Below, piece after piece: positions 44,263 to 52,300 of a DNA stretch of 64,000 nt. A program made the position numbers and the translations under genes. The DNA is from Planctomycetota bacterium. Lineage in GTDB: Bacteria > Planctomycetota > UBA1135 > UBA2386. The notes under the pieces were generated by a model that was not told the DNA's origin, made no database searches, and saw only the letters and a list, made by a program, of their open reading frames with translations. Position 1 is the first letter of the stretch; each line of letters starts with the position of its first letter. Location of the stretch: positions 2,240,001 to 2,304,000 of the forward strand of contig JBKAGP010000001.1 of the NCBI GenBank assembly GCA_046290465.1, given 5' to 3'.

Positions 44263-44897
44263 GCCGACGCGAGGTGCACACCGGCTGCGCGTTGCAGTGG
44301 CTGCGCGAGCACCCGCTGCCCGCCGGGGCCGGGATCGTCACCTCGCTGCCGAACTTCGACGAGTTCTCCAACCGCGACGTCGACCGCTGGCGGAGCTGGT
44401 TCGTCGACGCCGCCGAGCTGGTGCTGCGCAGCACGCCGGATGCCTCGGCCTGCGTGTTCTTCCAGACGGACGTCAAGCACGACGGCGTGTGGATCGACAA
44501 GTCGTTCCTGGTGCAGGTCGCGGCCGAACGCGCCGGTGTGGCGCTGGTCTGGCACAAGGTCGCGCTGCGCGCGCCGGTCGGCACGACCACCAACCTGCGC
44601 CCGGCCTTCGCCCACCTGCTGTGCTTCTCACGCGAGCTGCGGCACACCCGCGAGAACGCCACCGCCGACGTACTGGCGCGCCTCGGTGACCAGGACTGGC
44701 CACGCGCGATGGGCCGCGACGTCGCCGACGTGGCCGTTCGCTGGCTGCGCGACCACGCCAGAGCCGACACGATCGTCGCGCCGTTCTGCGGCACCGGCAC
44801 CGCCCTCGACGCCGCCAACGCCCTCGACCTCGCCGCCATCGGCATCGAACGCAACCCCGGCCGCGCCCACCGAGCCAGCCACGACCAGCCCCGCTGA
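44259..44897 (+). CDS. Small SAM-dependent methyltransferase resembling beta-class N4/N6 DNA methyltransferases
   Basis: IVTSLPNF (motif IV-like) precedes VAPFCGTGT (motif I) and AIGIE; GTG start overlaps the upstream stop. Confidence 0.7.
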   Translation: MSRREVHTGCALQWLREHPLPAGAGIVTSLPNFDEFSNRDVDRWRSWFVDAAELVLRSTPDASACVFFQTDVKHDGVWIDKSFLVQVAAERAGVALVWHKVALRAPVGTTTNLRPAFAHLLCFSRELRHTRENATADVLARLGDQDWPRAMGRDVADVAVRWLRDHARADTIVAPFCGTGTALDAANALDLAAIGIERNPGRAHRASHDQPR

Positions 44898-44963
44898 CCC
44901 CCGGTCCGCAAGCGTTGCTCGCGGTCCGGGAGCAGAACTTGCGTACCGGGTCGTGCTGGCCGG

Positions 44964-45929
44964 TCAGAAGCGGAAGAGGCCGCCGAAGGTCCAGCCCTGC
45001 ACGTTCTCGCCGTAGAGGAACGAGACGTTGAGGCCGACGCGGTGCAGCACCGGCACCAGCTCCGAACAGTCCCACAGCGCGCCGACGCCGACCTGGAAGT
45101 AGTCGTCGAAGCCGAGCAGCTCTTCGCCGTCGCGGAGGAAGCGCTTGTAGCCGAGCGAGCCGGTCCAGCGCAGCTCGCGGTCGAACAGGTCCACGTGCAT
45201 CGGCCCCTCGGCGTCGGCGCGCAGCGACAGCCAGCCCTGGTCCTCCTGGTCCGCCTCGGCCGGATCGTCGGTCTGCAGCGAGCGAACGTGCCGGTAGTCG
45301 AGGCGCGCCTTGCCGACGAGTTCGACCTCGCCGAGGTGGTAAGTCGGCGACTCGGCGCCGATCGCCGCGCCGTAGCTGAACCAGGTCGAGTCCCAGTTGA
45401 ACAGGATGCCGTCGGTGACCGCACGCGTGCTCGCGGCGCCGGGACCGCCGTAGTCGGTGTCGTTGTCGACGTGGGCCAGGCCCGCGAGCACCAGCGGCGT
45501 GATCCGCCAGCCGTCGGCCTCGAACACCGGGCCCACCCCAGCGACCCCGCCGATCGCCTCGTAGACGCTGGTCACGCGCGTCGCGATCGACGGCGCGCTG
45601 CCGCGGTAGATGTCGTCGACGTCGAAGCGCGCCCGCACGTAGCCGAGGTCGCCCTCGAAGCGCAGCTGCGGCAACCCGGCGCCGAGATCGAAGTCGCGCC
45701 GCAGCGGCAGCGTCGTGACCGTGAAGCTGGTGTCCGGATCCCCGTCGAGCCGGAACCGCGCGCCCGACAGCTGCGCCTCCTCGGCCAGCCCCAGGAACGC
45801 GGTCAAGAACGCACCGTAGCGAACGCCGCGCACCTGTTCGCGCAGGTCGTCACGGATCTCGCTGGTCGACTGCGCCACCACGCCGACGCCCAGCGTGAGG
45901 CAGCACGCGATCGATCGGATTCCCGGCAT
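44964..45929 (-). CDS. Outer-membrane beta-barrel protein (solitary autotransporter-barrel-like)
   Basis: Signal peptide; amphipathic strands; C-terminal GWTFGGLFRF BAM-type signal; no passenger domain. Confidence 0.7.
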   Translation of the reverse strand: MPGIRSIACCLTLGVGVVAQSTSEIRDDLREQVRGVRYGAFLTAFLGLAEEAQLSGARFRLDGDPDTSFTVTTLPLRRDFDLGAGLPQLRFEGDLGYVRARFDVDDIYRGSAPSIATRVTSVYEAIGGVAGVGPVFEADGWRITPLVLAGLAHVDNDTDYGGPGAASTRAVTDGILFNWDSTWFSYGAAIGAESPTYHLGEVELVGKARLDYRHVRSLQTDDPAEADQEDQGWLSLRADAEGPMHVDLFDRELRWTGSLGYKRFLRDGEELLGFDDYFQVGVGALWDCSELVPVLHRVGLNVSFLYGENVQGWTFGGLFRF

Positions 45930-46126
45930 CGGGGGGCACTGTAGCCCGACTGCGGGCCACCGACTACGGCGACACCGCAACCGGTGGCGCCCGAAGCCCG
46001 TAGGCATTTTCAGTGATTCCCCCGATGGGAGTGCCGGGCAGCGATCCATAGGGTCATCCGTGCATCGCTCACGAGCGTTGTCGCACCGATGCACTGGCCG
46101 CCTTCGACCACGAATCTGCCGCCCCA

Positions 46127-46171
46127 CGACCCGCGCGTCGCCGACCCGCGCCTCGCCGACCCGCGCCTCGC
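46127..46171. repeat. 3 x 15-bp repeat in the divergent intergenic region
   Basis: cgacccgcgcgtcgc, then cgacccgcgcctcgc x2. Confidence 0.85.
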
Positions 46172-46261
46172 CGGCCGCCTTGCACACCGGCCTGCGGGAC
46201 GGTGTGGATCCGTTCGTCGGGAAACCCCTGATCCAGGCCCGCGATCGGTGCCTACCATGCA

Positions 46262-47557
46262 ATGACGCCGGCATTGGCGAACCCGATCTCCATGGCGTCC
46301 CCGCTCGACCTGCTGTCCGAACTCAAGCTGCTGCCGCTACGTCGCGCCGAGGACGGATCGCTGGCGCCGATCGGGCCGGTGCCAGCAGCGCTGCGGCAGC
46401 GCTTCCCGGCGCTCGACGCGGACGACGTCGACTACGTGCAGGTGTTTCCGCTGCTGGCGACGTTCCTGCTCGACGCCGACGACCTGTGGGCGCGCGGCGA
46501 GGGCCCCCCGACGCGCTCGGGGCCGTGCACGCAGCCCGACGCACACGGCCGCCCGACCGTGCTCGAGGCGACCGCGCTGCTGGTCGGCCCGGACCGCGAA
46601 CCGTTCCTGCTGATCGAACTGCTCGGCGCTGAGTTCGCCGAGCTGCAGGAGATCCTGCAGCACTCGCGCGACCAGCGGCTCGAGTACGAGAACCTGACCC
46701 GCATGCACGCGGCGCTGTCCGAGTCGAGCCGCCGCCTCGAACGCATGGCGGCCGAACGGCAGTCCGCGATCGACCTGCTGCGCGAAGCGCGCCAACAGCT
46801 CGAGCAACGCGTCGCCGAACGCACCGTCGAGCTGCGCGAGGCCAACCAGCGGCTCGCCGCCGAGAGCGCCGAGCGCGAGCACGCCAACCGCGAGCTGCGC
46901 GAGCATCAGCAGGAGCTGTCGCACCTCGCCGAGCAGCTGTCGGCCGCAGAGGAGCGCGAACGGCGCCAGATCGCCGAGTTCCTGCACGACCGCATCGGCC
47001 AGAACCTGGCGCTGGTCAAGCTGCGGCTGCGCGCGATGGCGCGCAACCACGCCGACGCGCAGCACGAGCTGGCGCCGGTCGACGCGCTGATGGACGAGAT
47101 CATCAGCGACACGCGCGGGCTGACCGCCGACCTCGGCACGCCGCTGCTCTACGAGCTCGGCCTGTCCGAGGCGCTGCAGAGCCTGACGCGACGATTCGAG
47201 GAGATCCACGGCATCCCGGCGCGGCTCGAGGACGACGAGCGCGACAAGCCGCTCGACGAGAACGCCCGCGGCGTGCTCTACCAGGCCGTTCGCGAGCTGC
47301 TGCACAACATCGTCAAGCACGCCGAGGCGGAGCAGGTGATCGTGCGCCTGCGTCGCGACGGCAACACGCTCGCCGTCGAGGTCGTCGACCGCGGCCGCGG
47401 CTTCGACAGCCGCGACTTCGACTTCCGCGTCACGACCAGCGGCGGCTTCGGCCTGTTCAACATCCGCGAACGGCTGCAGCACCTCGGCGGTTCGTGCACG
47501 GTCCGATCGACACCAGGGGAGGGCACCGAAGTCTCGCTGACGGTGCCGCTCGCCTGA
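46262..47557 (+). CDS. Soluble sensor histidine kinase (HisKA_3, NarX-like)
   Basis: EERERRQIAEFLHDRIGQ H-box, ELLHNIVKHA, VVDRGRGF, GFGLFNIRER; no TM segment; start may be 46292. Confidence 0.92.
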   Translation: MTPALANPISMASPLDLLSELKLLPLRRAEDGSLAPIGPVPAALRQRFPALDADDVDYVQVFPLLATFLLDADDLWARGEGPPTRSGPCTQPDAHGRPTVLEATALLVGPDREPFLLIELLGAEFAELQEILQHSRDQRLEYENLTRMHAALSESSRRLERMAAERQSAIDLLREARQQLEQRVAERTVELREANQRLAAESAEREHANRELREHQQELSHLAEQLSAAEERERRQIAEFLHDRIGQNLALVKLRLRAMARNHADAQHELAPVDALMDEIISDTRGLTADLGTPLLYELGLSEALQSLTRRFEEIHGIPARLEDDERDKPLDENARGVLYQAVRELLHNIVKHAEAEQVIVRLRRDGNTLAVEVVDRGRGFDSRDFDFRVTTSGGFGLFNIRERLQHLGGSCTVRSTPGEGTEVSLTVPLA

Positions 47558-47580
47558 ACCAACCAACCAGACCCGAAACC

Positions 47581-48225
47581 ATGAAGATCCTGCTCGCAGA
47601 CGATCACGCCATCATCCGTGATGGCCTCGCCAACATGCTGCGCCAGATCGACCACGAGATCGTCGGCGAAGCCACCGACGGCCGCGCTGCGGTCCAGCTC
47701 GCGCTCGAACTGCAACCCGACATCGTCGTGATGGACATCGGCATGCCCGGCATGAACGGCATCGAGGCCACCCGACAACTGATCGAGCACGACGCCAAGG
47801 TCGCGGTGATCGCACTGTCGATGCACTCGGACGCGACCTACGTCGGACGCATGCTGCAGGCGGGAGCGCGCGGCTACCTGCTCAAGGAGAGCGCGTTCGA
47901 CGAACTCGAGGAGGCCATCGACAACGTGCTCAAGGGCCGCATCTTCCTCGGCAGCAAGATCCAGGGGGTCGTGGTCGGCGACTACGTCGACCGCCTCGGC
48001 GGCAAGCGGCCGAGCTCGCCGGTCACGCTCACCAACAAGGAGCGCGAGGTGCTGCAGCTGGTCGCCGAGGGCAAGTCGACCAAGGAGATCGCGCAGGCGC
48101 TGTCGATCACCGTCAAGACCGTCGAGACCCACCGGCACAACATCATGAACCGGCTCGACATCCGCTCGATCGCGCAGCTGACCAAGTACGCGATCCGGCA
48201 GGGACTCACGTCGCTCGACTCGTAA
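47581..48225 (+). CDS. NarL/LuxR family response regulator
   Basis: ILLADDH, VVMDIGMP, GYLLK; HTH LTNKEREVLQLVAEG...TVETHR. Confidence 0.95.
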   Translation: MKILLADDHAIIRDGLANMLRQIDHEIVGEATDGRAAVQLALELQPDIVVMDIGMPGMNGIEATRQLIEHDAKVAVIALSMHSDATYVGRMLQAGARGYLLKESAFDELEEAIDNVLKGRIFLGSKIQGVVVGDYVDRLGGKRPSSPVTLTNKEREVLQLVAEGKSTKEIAQALSITVKTVETHRHNIMNRLDIRSIAQLTKYAIRQGLTSLDS

Positions 48226-48269
48226 CCCCGCCCGGCTACGCTGGCTCTTCGAGGCATGATCCAACCGAG

Positions 48270-48764
48270 ATGATCAAACACAAGGTGGCGATGATCGGCG
48301 CGTTCGCGGTTGGCAAGACCAGCCTCGTGCAGCGCTTCGTCACCGGGATCTTCTCGGAGCGCTACCAGACCACCATCGGCGTGCGCATCGACCAGCGCCA
48401 GGTCACGGTCGACGGCCGCGACGTGTTGATGATGCTGTGGGACCTGCAGGGCGAGGACGACGTGCACAGCGTGCCGTTCCAGCACCTGCGCGGCAGCACC
48501 GGCTTCTTCGTGGTCGCCGACGGCACCCGCCCGGAGACGCTCGACACGGCGCTGCGGCTGCGCCAGCAGGCGCTCGATCGGCTTGGCGAAGTGCCGTCGC
48601 TGCTGCTGCTCAACAAGGCAGACCTCGACGACCAGTGGCAGCTGCCCGAACCTCGCCTCGACGAACTGCGCCGAGACGGCCTTGCCATCGTGCACACGAG
48701 CGCGAAGCGCGGCGACCAGGTCGCCGAGGCCTTCGACGACCTCGCGCGCGCGATGCTCACCTGA
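48270..48764 (+). CDS. Rab/Ras-like small GTPase (164 aa, stand-alone)
   Basis: G1 GAFAVGKTS, G2 TTIG, G3 WDLQG, G4 NKAD, G5 SAK. Confidence 0.93.
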   Translation: MIKHKVAMIGAFAVGKTSLVQRFVTGIFSERYQTTIGVRIDQRQVTVDGRDVLMMLWDLQGEDDVHSVPFQHLRGSTGFFVVADGTRPETLDTALRLRQQALDRLGEVPSLLLLNKADLDDQWQLPEPRLDELRRDGLAIVHTSAKRGDQVAEAFDDLARAMLT

Positions 48765-48894
48765 ACGAACCCGCTGCTATCCTCGGCTGCACATCCGAAG
48801 ACAGCTGGCCACCCCCCGAACGCGCCCGCACGAGCCCCCACCCACAGAACGACACCAGCAGGCAGCCGCGACGCCGGCGCCCGCTCCAGCCCGA

Positions 48895-49245
48895 ATGACC
48901 GAGAACCACCACAGGAACGGCTCCGCGACCGCCAACGACCCGGCCGCAGACCTCGCGCGCGTGCGCGACATCCTGTTCGGCCCCGAACAGCGCCGGACCA
49001 ACGACGAGATCGCGACGCTGCGCAGCGAGGCCGAGTCGATGCGACTCGACTTCGAGAAGCGGCTCGAGGCGGTGCGCGCCGACGCCGAACGCGAGCGCCA
49101 GCAGCTTCGCCACGAACTCGAGCAGCAGCTCGAACGCATGAAGGACGGCAAGCTCGACCGCGAGGCGCTCGCCGAGATGTTCGGCAACATGGTGTCGCGC
49201 CTGGTCCCGGCGAGCGCAGACAAGGCCGACGGGTCGCGCCGTTGA
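48895..49245 (+). CDS. Small coiled-coil protein
   Basis: DLARVRDILFG followed by a charged heptad helix; stop overlaps the next start. Confidence 0.75.
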   Translation: MTENHHRNGSATANDPAADLARVRDILFGPEQRRTNDEIATLRSEAESMRLDFEKRLEAVRADAERERQQLRHELEQQLERMKDGKLDREALAEMFGNMVSRLVPASADKADGSRR

Positions 49246-50954
49246 CGGCGACCGACGACAGCGCCGCGGCCGGGGGCCGCACGCCGCTCGCGCAGCAGGA
49301 GCTCGACGAGCTGTGCCGGATCCTGATCGGCGCCGACCGCGACCGGCTGCGTGAGGCGATCGAGCGCCTGCAACAGCGCGGCCGATTCGTCGACTGGCAG
49401 AGCAAGACGCTCGCCGACGCGATGCAGCTGGCGCTGGCGCGGGACCCGGAGTTCGCCGAGTCGATGGGCACGATGATCAGCAAGGGCGTGCACACGACCG
49501 TCGAGCGCGACAGCGCCGCGTTCGGCCGCGCGCTGGCGCCGGCGATGGGGCCGGCGATCCGCAACGCGGTGTGGATGATGCTGCAGGGCTTCGTGCAGTC
49601 GATCGAGGCCGTCGTCGACCAGCAGCTGTCGTGGCGCAGCGTCAACTGGCGTATCGAGGCGTGGCGCACCGGCCGCTCGTTCGCCGAGATCGCGTTCGTG
49701 CACACGCTGCTGTTCCGCGTCGAGCACGTGTTCCTGCTGCATCGCGACAATGGTCTGCAGCTGCTGCACGCGACCCGCCACGGCGTGCTCGCGCGGCAGC
49801 CGGATCTGATCGCGGCGATGCTGACCGCGATCCAGGACTTCCTGCGCGACGCGTTCGACTCCCCGGAGACCGACACGGCGACCAGCTTCTCGATCAACGA
49901 GCTGTCGGTCCTGGTCGAGAACGGCAACCACGCGGCGCTGGCGGCCGTGGTGCGTGGCCAGCCGCGCGCCGAGATCCGCATGCAGTTGCGCGAGGCGATC
50001 GACCGGATCGAGACCAGCATGGCGGCCCCGCTGGCGGACTTCGACGGCGACACCGCGCCGTTCGAGGCGGTCCGGCCGCAGGTCGAGGCGTGCCTGACCG
50101 AGTCCGCCCGCGGCCGCGACGAGGGCCGCAAGAAGCAGCGCCGGCGCGGCTCCCCGGTCGTGCGATTCGCGCTGGCGACGATGGCCGTCGGCCTGATCAC
50201 CTGGTGGGTGATCGCGTCGGTGGCGGCCTCGGCGCAGCTCGAACGCTTCGATCGCTTCGTCGCCGCCCTGCAACGAGAACCAGGGTTCGCGATCACGCAC
50301 AGCGAACGCAGCAGCGAGGCCGTGGTCGTGCACGGCCTGCGCGATCCGCTGGCGCGCAGCTTCGAGGCGGTCGCGGCCGAACACAGCGTCTCGACGCTGG
50401 CGACCGGCCACCTGCAGCCCTACCACTCGCTGCACGAACCGTTCGTGGCGCGCCGCGTGCAGCAGGCGCTGCTGCCACCGGACGGCGTCACGGTCGCGCT
50501 GCAGGACGGCCGCCTGACCGTGACCGGCGCGGCCCCGCACGCGTGGCTCGCGCAGGTCCGGGTCGTGGCGGCGGCGATCGACGGCGTCGCGGCGATCGAC
50601 GTGTCGGCCTGCACCGACCTGGACGTGCTCGCCTTCGAACGCGCCGCGGCCGCGCTGCACGACCTCGACCCGACGCTCGAGCAGCTGCGCGAACGCGACG
50701 GCGACGCGCGCGCCGAGCTGGCCACGGCCGTGCGCCGGCTGAGCGATCTCGGCCACCGCGCCGATCGCCGCTGGGCCCTGCACGCCGACTTCGTCTGGTG
50801 GTCGGCCGACGACCAGAACGCGTCGGCCCAGGAGGCGCGTGCGCTGGTCGGCGAACTGTCGCGCCAGCTCGGCCGGACGGTCTCGCTGCAGGGCTACCGC
50901 AACGACCAGTCGGTGCCCAACGCGACGCTGCGGTTCACCGCAGCGACGCGCTGA
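49242..50954 (+). CDS. Membrane protein with a cytoplasmic helical domain, one TM and periplasmic BON-like domain(s)
   Basis: LAPAMGPAIR, FRVEHVFLLHRDNGL, AMLTAIQDF-RDAF; TM near aa 305-325; VVHGLRDPLA, LTVTGAAPHAW. Confidence 0.75.
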   Translation: MTATDDSAAAGGRTPLAQQELDELCRILIGADRDRLREAIERLQQRGRFVDWQSKTLADAMQLALARDPEFAESMGTMISKGVHTTVERDSAAFGRALAPAMGPAIRNAVWMMLQGFVQSIEAVVDQQLSWRSVNWRIEAWRTGRSFAEIAFVHTLLFRVEHVFLLHRDNGLQLLHATRHGVLARQPDLIAAMLTAIQDFLRDAFDSPETDTATSFSINELSVLVENGNHAALAAVVRGQPRAEIRMQLREAIDRIETSMAAPLADFDGDTAPFEAVRPQVEACLTESARGRDEGRKKQRRRGSPVVRFALATMAVGLITWWVIASVAASAQLERFDRFVAALQREPGFAITHSERSSEAVVVHGLRDPLARSFEAVAAEHSVSTLATGHLQPYHSLHEPFVARRVQQALLPPDGVTVALQDGRLTVTGAAPHAWLAQVRVVAAAIDGVAAIDVSACTDLDVLAFERAAAALHDLDPTLEQLRERDGDARAELATAVRRLSDLGHRADRRWALHADFVWWSADDQNASAQEARALVGELSRQLGRTVSLQGYRNDQSVPNATLRFTAATR

Positions 50955-50963
50955 GCATCCATT

Positions 50964-51030
50964 CCGTTACTGGCAGTCCGCTGCTGGCAGTCCGTTACTG
51001 GCAACCCGTTACTGGCAACCCGTTATTGGC
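50964..51030. repeat. About 5 x 14-bp tandem repeat overlapping a stop codon
   Basis: ccgttactggcagt, ccgctgctggcagt, ccgttactggcaac x2, ccgttattggc. Confidence 0.9.
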
Positions 51031-52129
51031 CCACGACCGTGCGCGCCGGTTCGGACGCCGCATCGGTCGGGTTGAGGGTCACGTAGGCGAAGTCCAGCTC
51101 GAGTCCGAGCAGGCCGGCGGGCACCGGGATCTGCGTGTCGAACGTCGCATACGCGTTGCCGTCGCCGTTGAGGGTGCCGAGGAAGCCCGGCAGCGCGGCC
51201 GAGCCCAGCTGGGACACGATCAGGCCCGAGAAGCCGTCGAAGTTGAGCGGCAGCACCACCGAGCCGAGCACCGTGCCCGGCGCGGTGCCGCTCAACGAAC
51301 CGACGACCGCGTACGGCCGGTTGGCCAGCGCTGCGCCGCCGGCGAGCCGCAGGTCGAGCACCGAGCGCTGCTGGATCGGCATGCGCGGCAGGTCGACGGT
51401 CAGGCCGTGCTCGGCGACGCGTTCGCGCACGGTGAAGTTGTCGAAGTAGAACTGGTCGTCGCCCGAGTTCCAGGCGTCGATCTGCGTGAAGCCGTGGTCG
51501 GGGCCGTTGAACATCACGCCGATCGGCGTGCCGGTCGCGACCAGCACGCCGTCGAGGTGGATCTCGGTTCGGTTGCCGAAGATGTCGACCACCGTGCGCG
51601 CGTGGTGCCAGACGTCCTTCTGCACGTAGGTGTTGGTCTGCACCAGCGTGCGCGCCGGCGTGTCGAAGTACTCGATGCGCCCGTCGGCGGCGATCCACCA
51701 GCGCAGGTAGCAGGTCTGCGGGTTGGGGTACGGCTGCGAGTAGATCTCCCACTCGCTCGGGTTCGGCGACGACGTGATCAGGAAGTCGAGTTCGATCTCG
51801 AGCACGCCGGTCGTCAGGCTGAACAGGTCGTTGCGGCGCAGTTCGGCGAACGTGCCGGGCGACAACTGCGACGCGTCGAAGCAGACCGCCTGCGTGCCGC
51901 TGCGCACGACGCCGGTCTGCACGGTCGCCGCCGCGAGGTTGGCCGGGTAGGCGGACTCGATCAGCAGCCAGCCGTCCTGGCCGCTCCACAGGTCCTGACC
52001 CGGCAGGTTGCCGAGCTGGTAGCGGTGCGGTTCGAACGACTCGGTCGAGGACTGCGCGACGGAGACGGCGGCGAAGGACAGCGCGGCGAGCGCGCACGGA
52101 GCGAAGCGATGGAGCATGCGAACGGTCAT
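51023..52129 (-). CDS. Secreted beta-sandwich (LamG/ConA-like) protein with a C-terminal domain
   Basis: Signal peptide (AVSVA-Q); GQDGW; WHHARTVVD...IHLDGVLV...FYFDNF. Confidence 0.7.
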   Translation of the reverse strand: MTVRMLHRFAPCALAALSFAAVSVAQSSTESFEPHRYQLGNLPGQDLWSGQDGWLLIESAYPANLAAATVQTGVVRSGTQAVCFDASQLSPGTFAELRRNDLFSLTTGVLEIELDFLITSSPNPSEWEIYSQPYPNPQTCYLRWWIAADGRIEYFDTPARTLVQTNTYVQKDVWHHARTVVDIFGNRTEIHLDGVLVATGTPIGVMFNGPDHGFTQIDAWNSGDDQFYFDNFTVRERVAEHGLTVDLPRMPIQQRSVLDLRLAGGAALANRPYAVVGSLSGTAPGTVLGSVVLPLNFDGFSGLIVSQLGSAALPGFLGTLNGDGNAYATFDTQIPVPAGLLGLELDFAYVTLNPTDAASEPARTVVGQ

Positions 52130-52300
52130 GGAGGTTCGGAAACGGAGTTGCCGGATGCGGGGGCGACTGCCGGTTGCCCTGCCGCGGGGGCGCTGTTTCA
52201 ACGTGCTGCCGGTTTTTTGCGCGCCCGACGAAACAGCACGGTCGTCGCGGAGCAATCGCCGTGACCGCGCCCCCCACGCGAACTACTCCGAGGATCGGCC

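Noticed and set aside
48270..48764. MglA, Roco or eukaryotic contaminant GTPase
   Set aside because: No MglA-type motifs or MglB, no LRR/COR domain, no CAAX tail; host-like codon usage inside a bacterial operon
50964..51030. CRISPR or iteron array (also the repeats at 4772 and 46127)
   Set aside because: Short head-to-tail units without spacers; no cas or rep gene nearby
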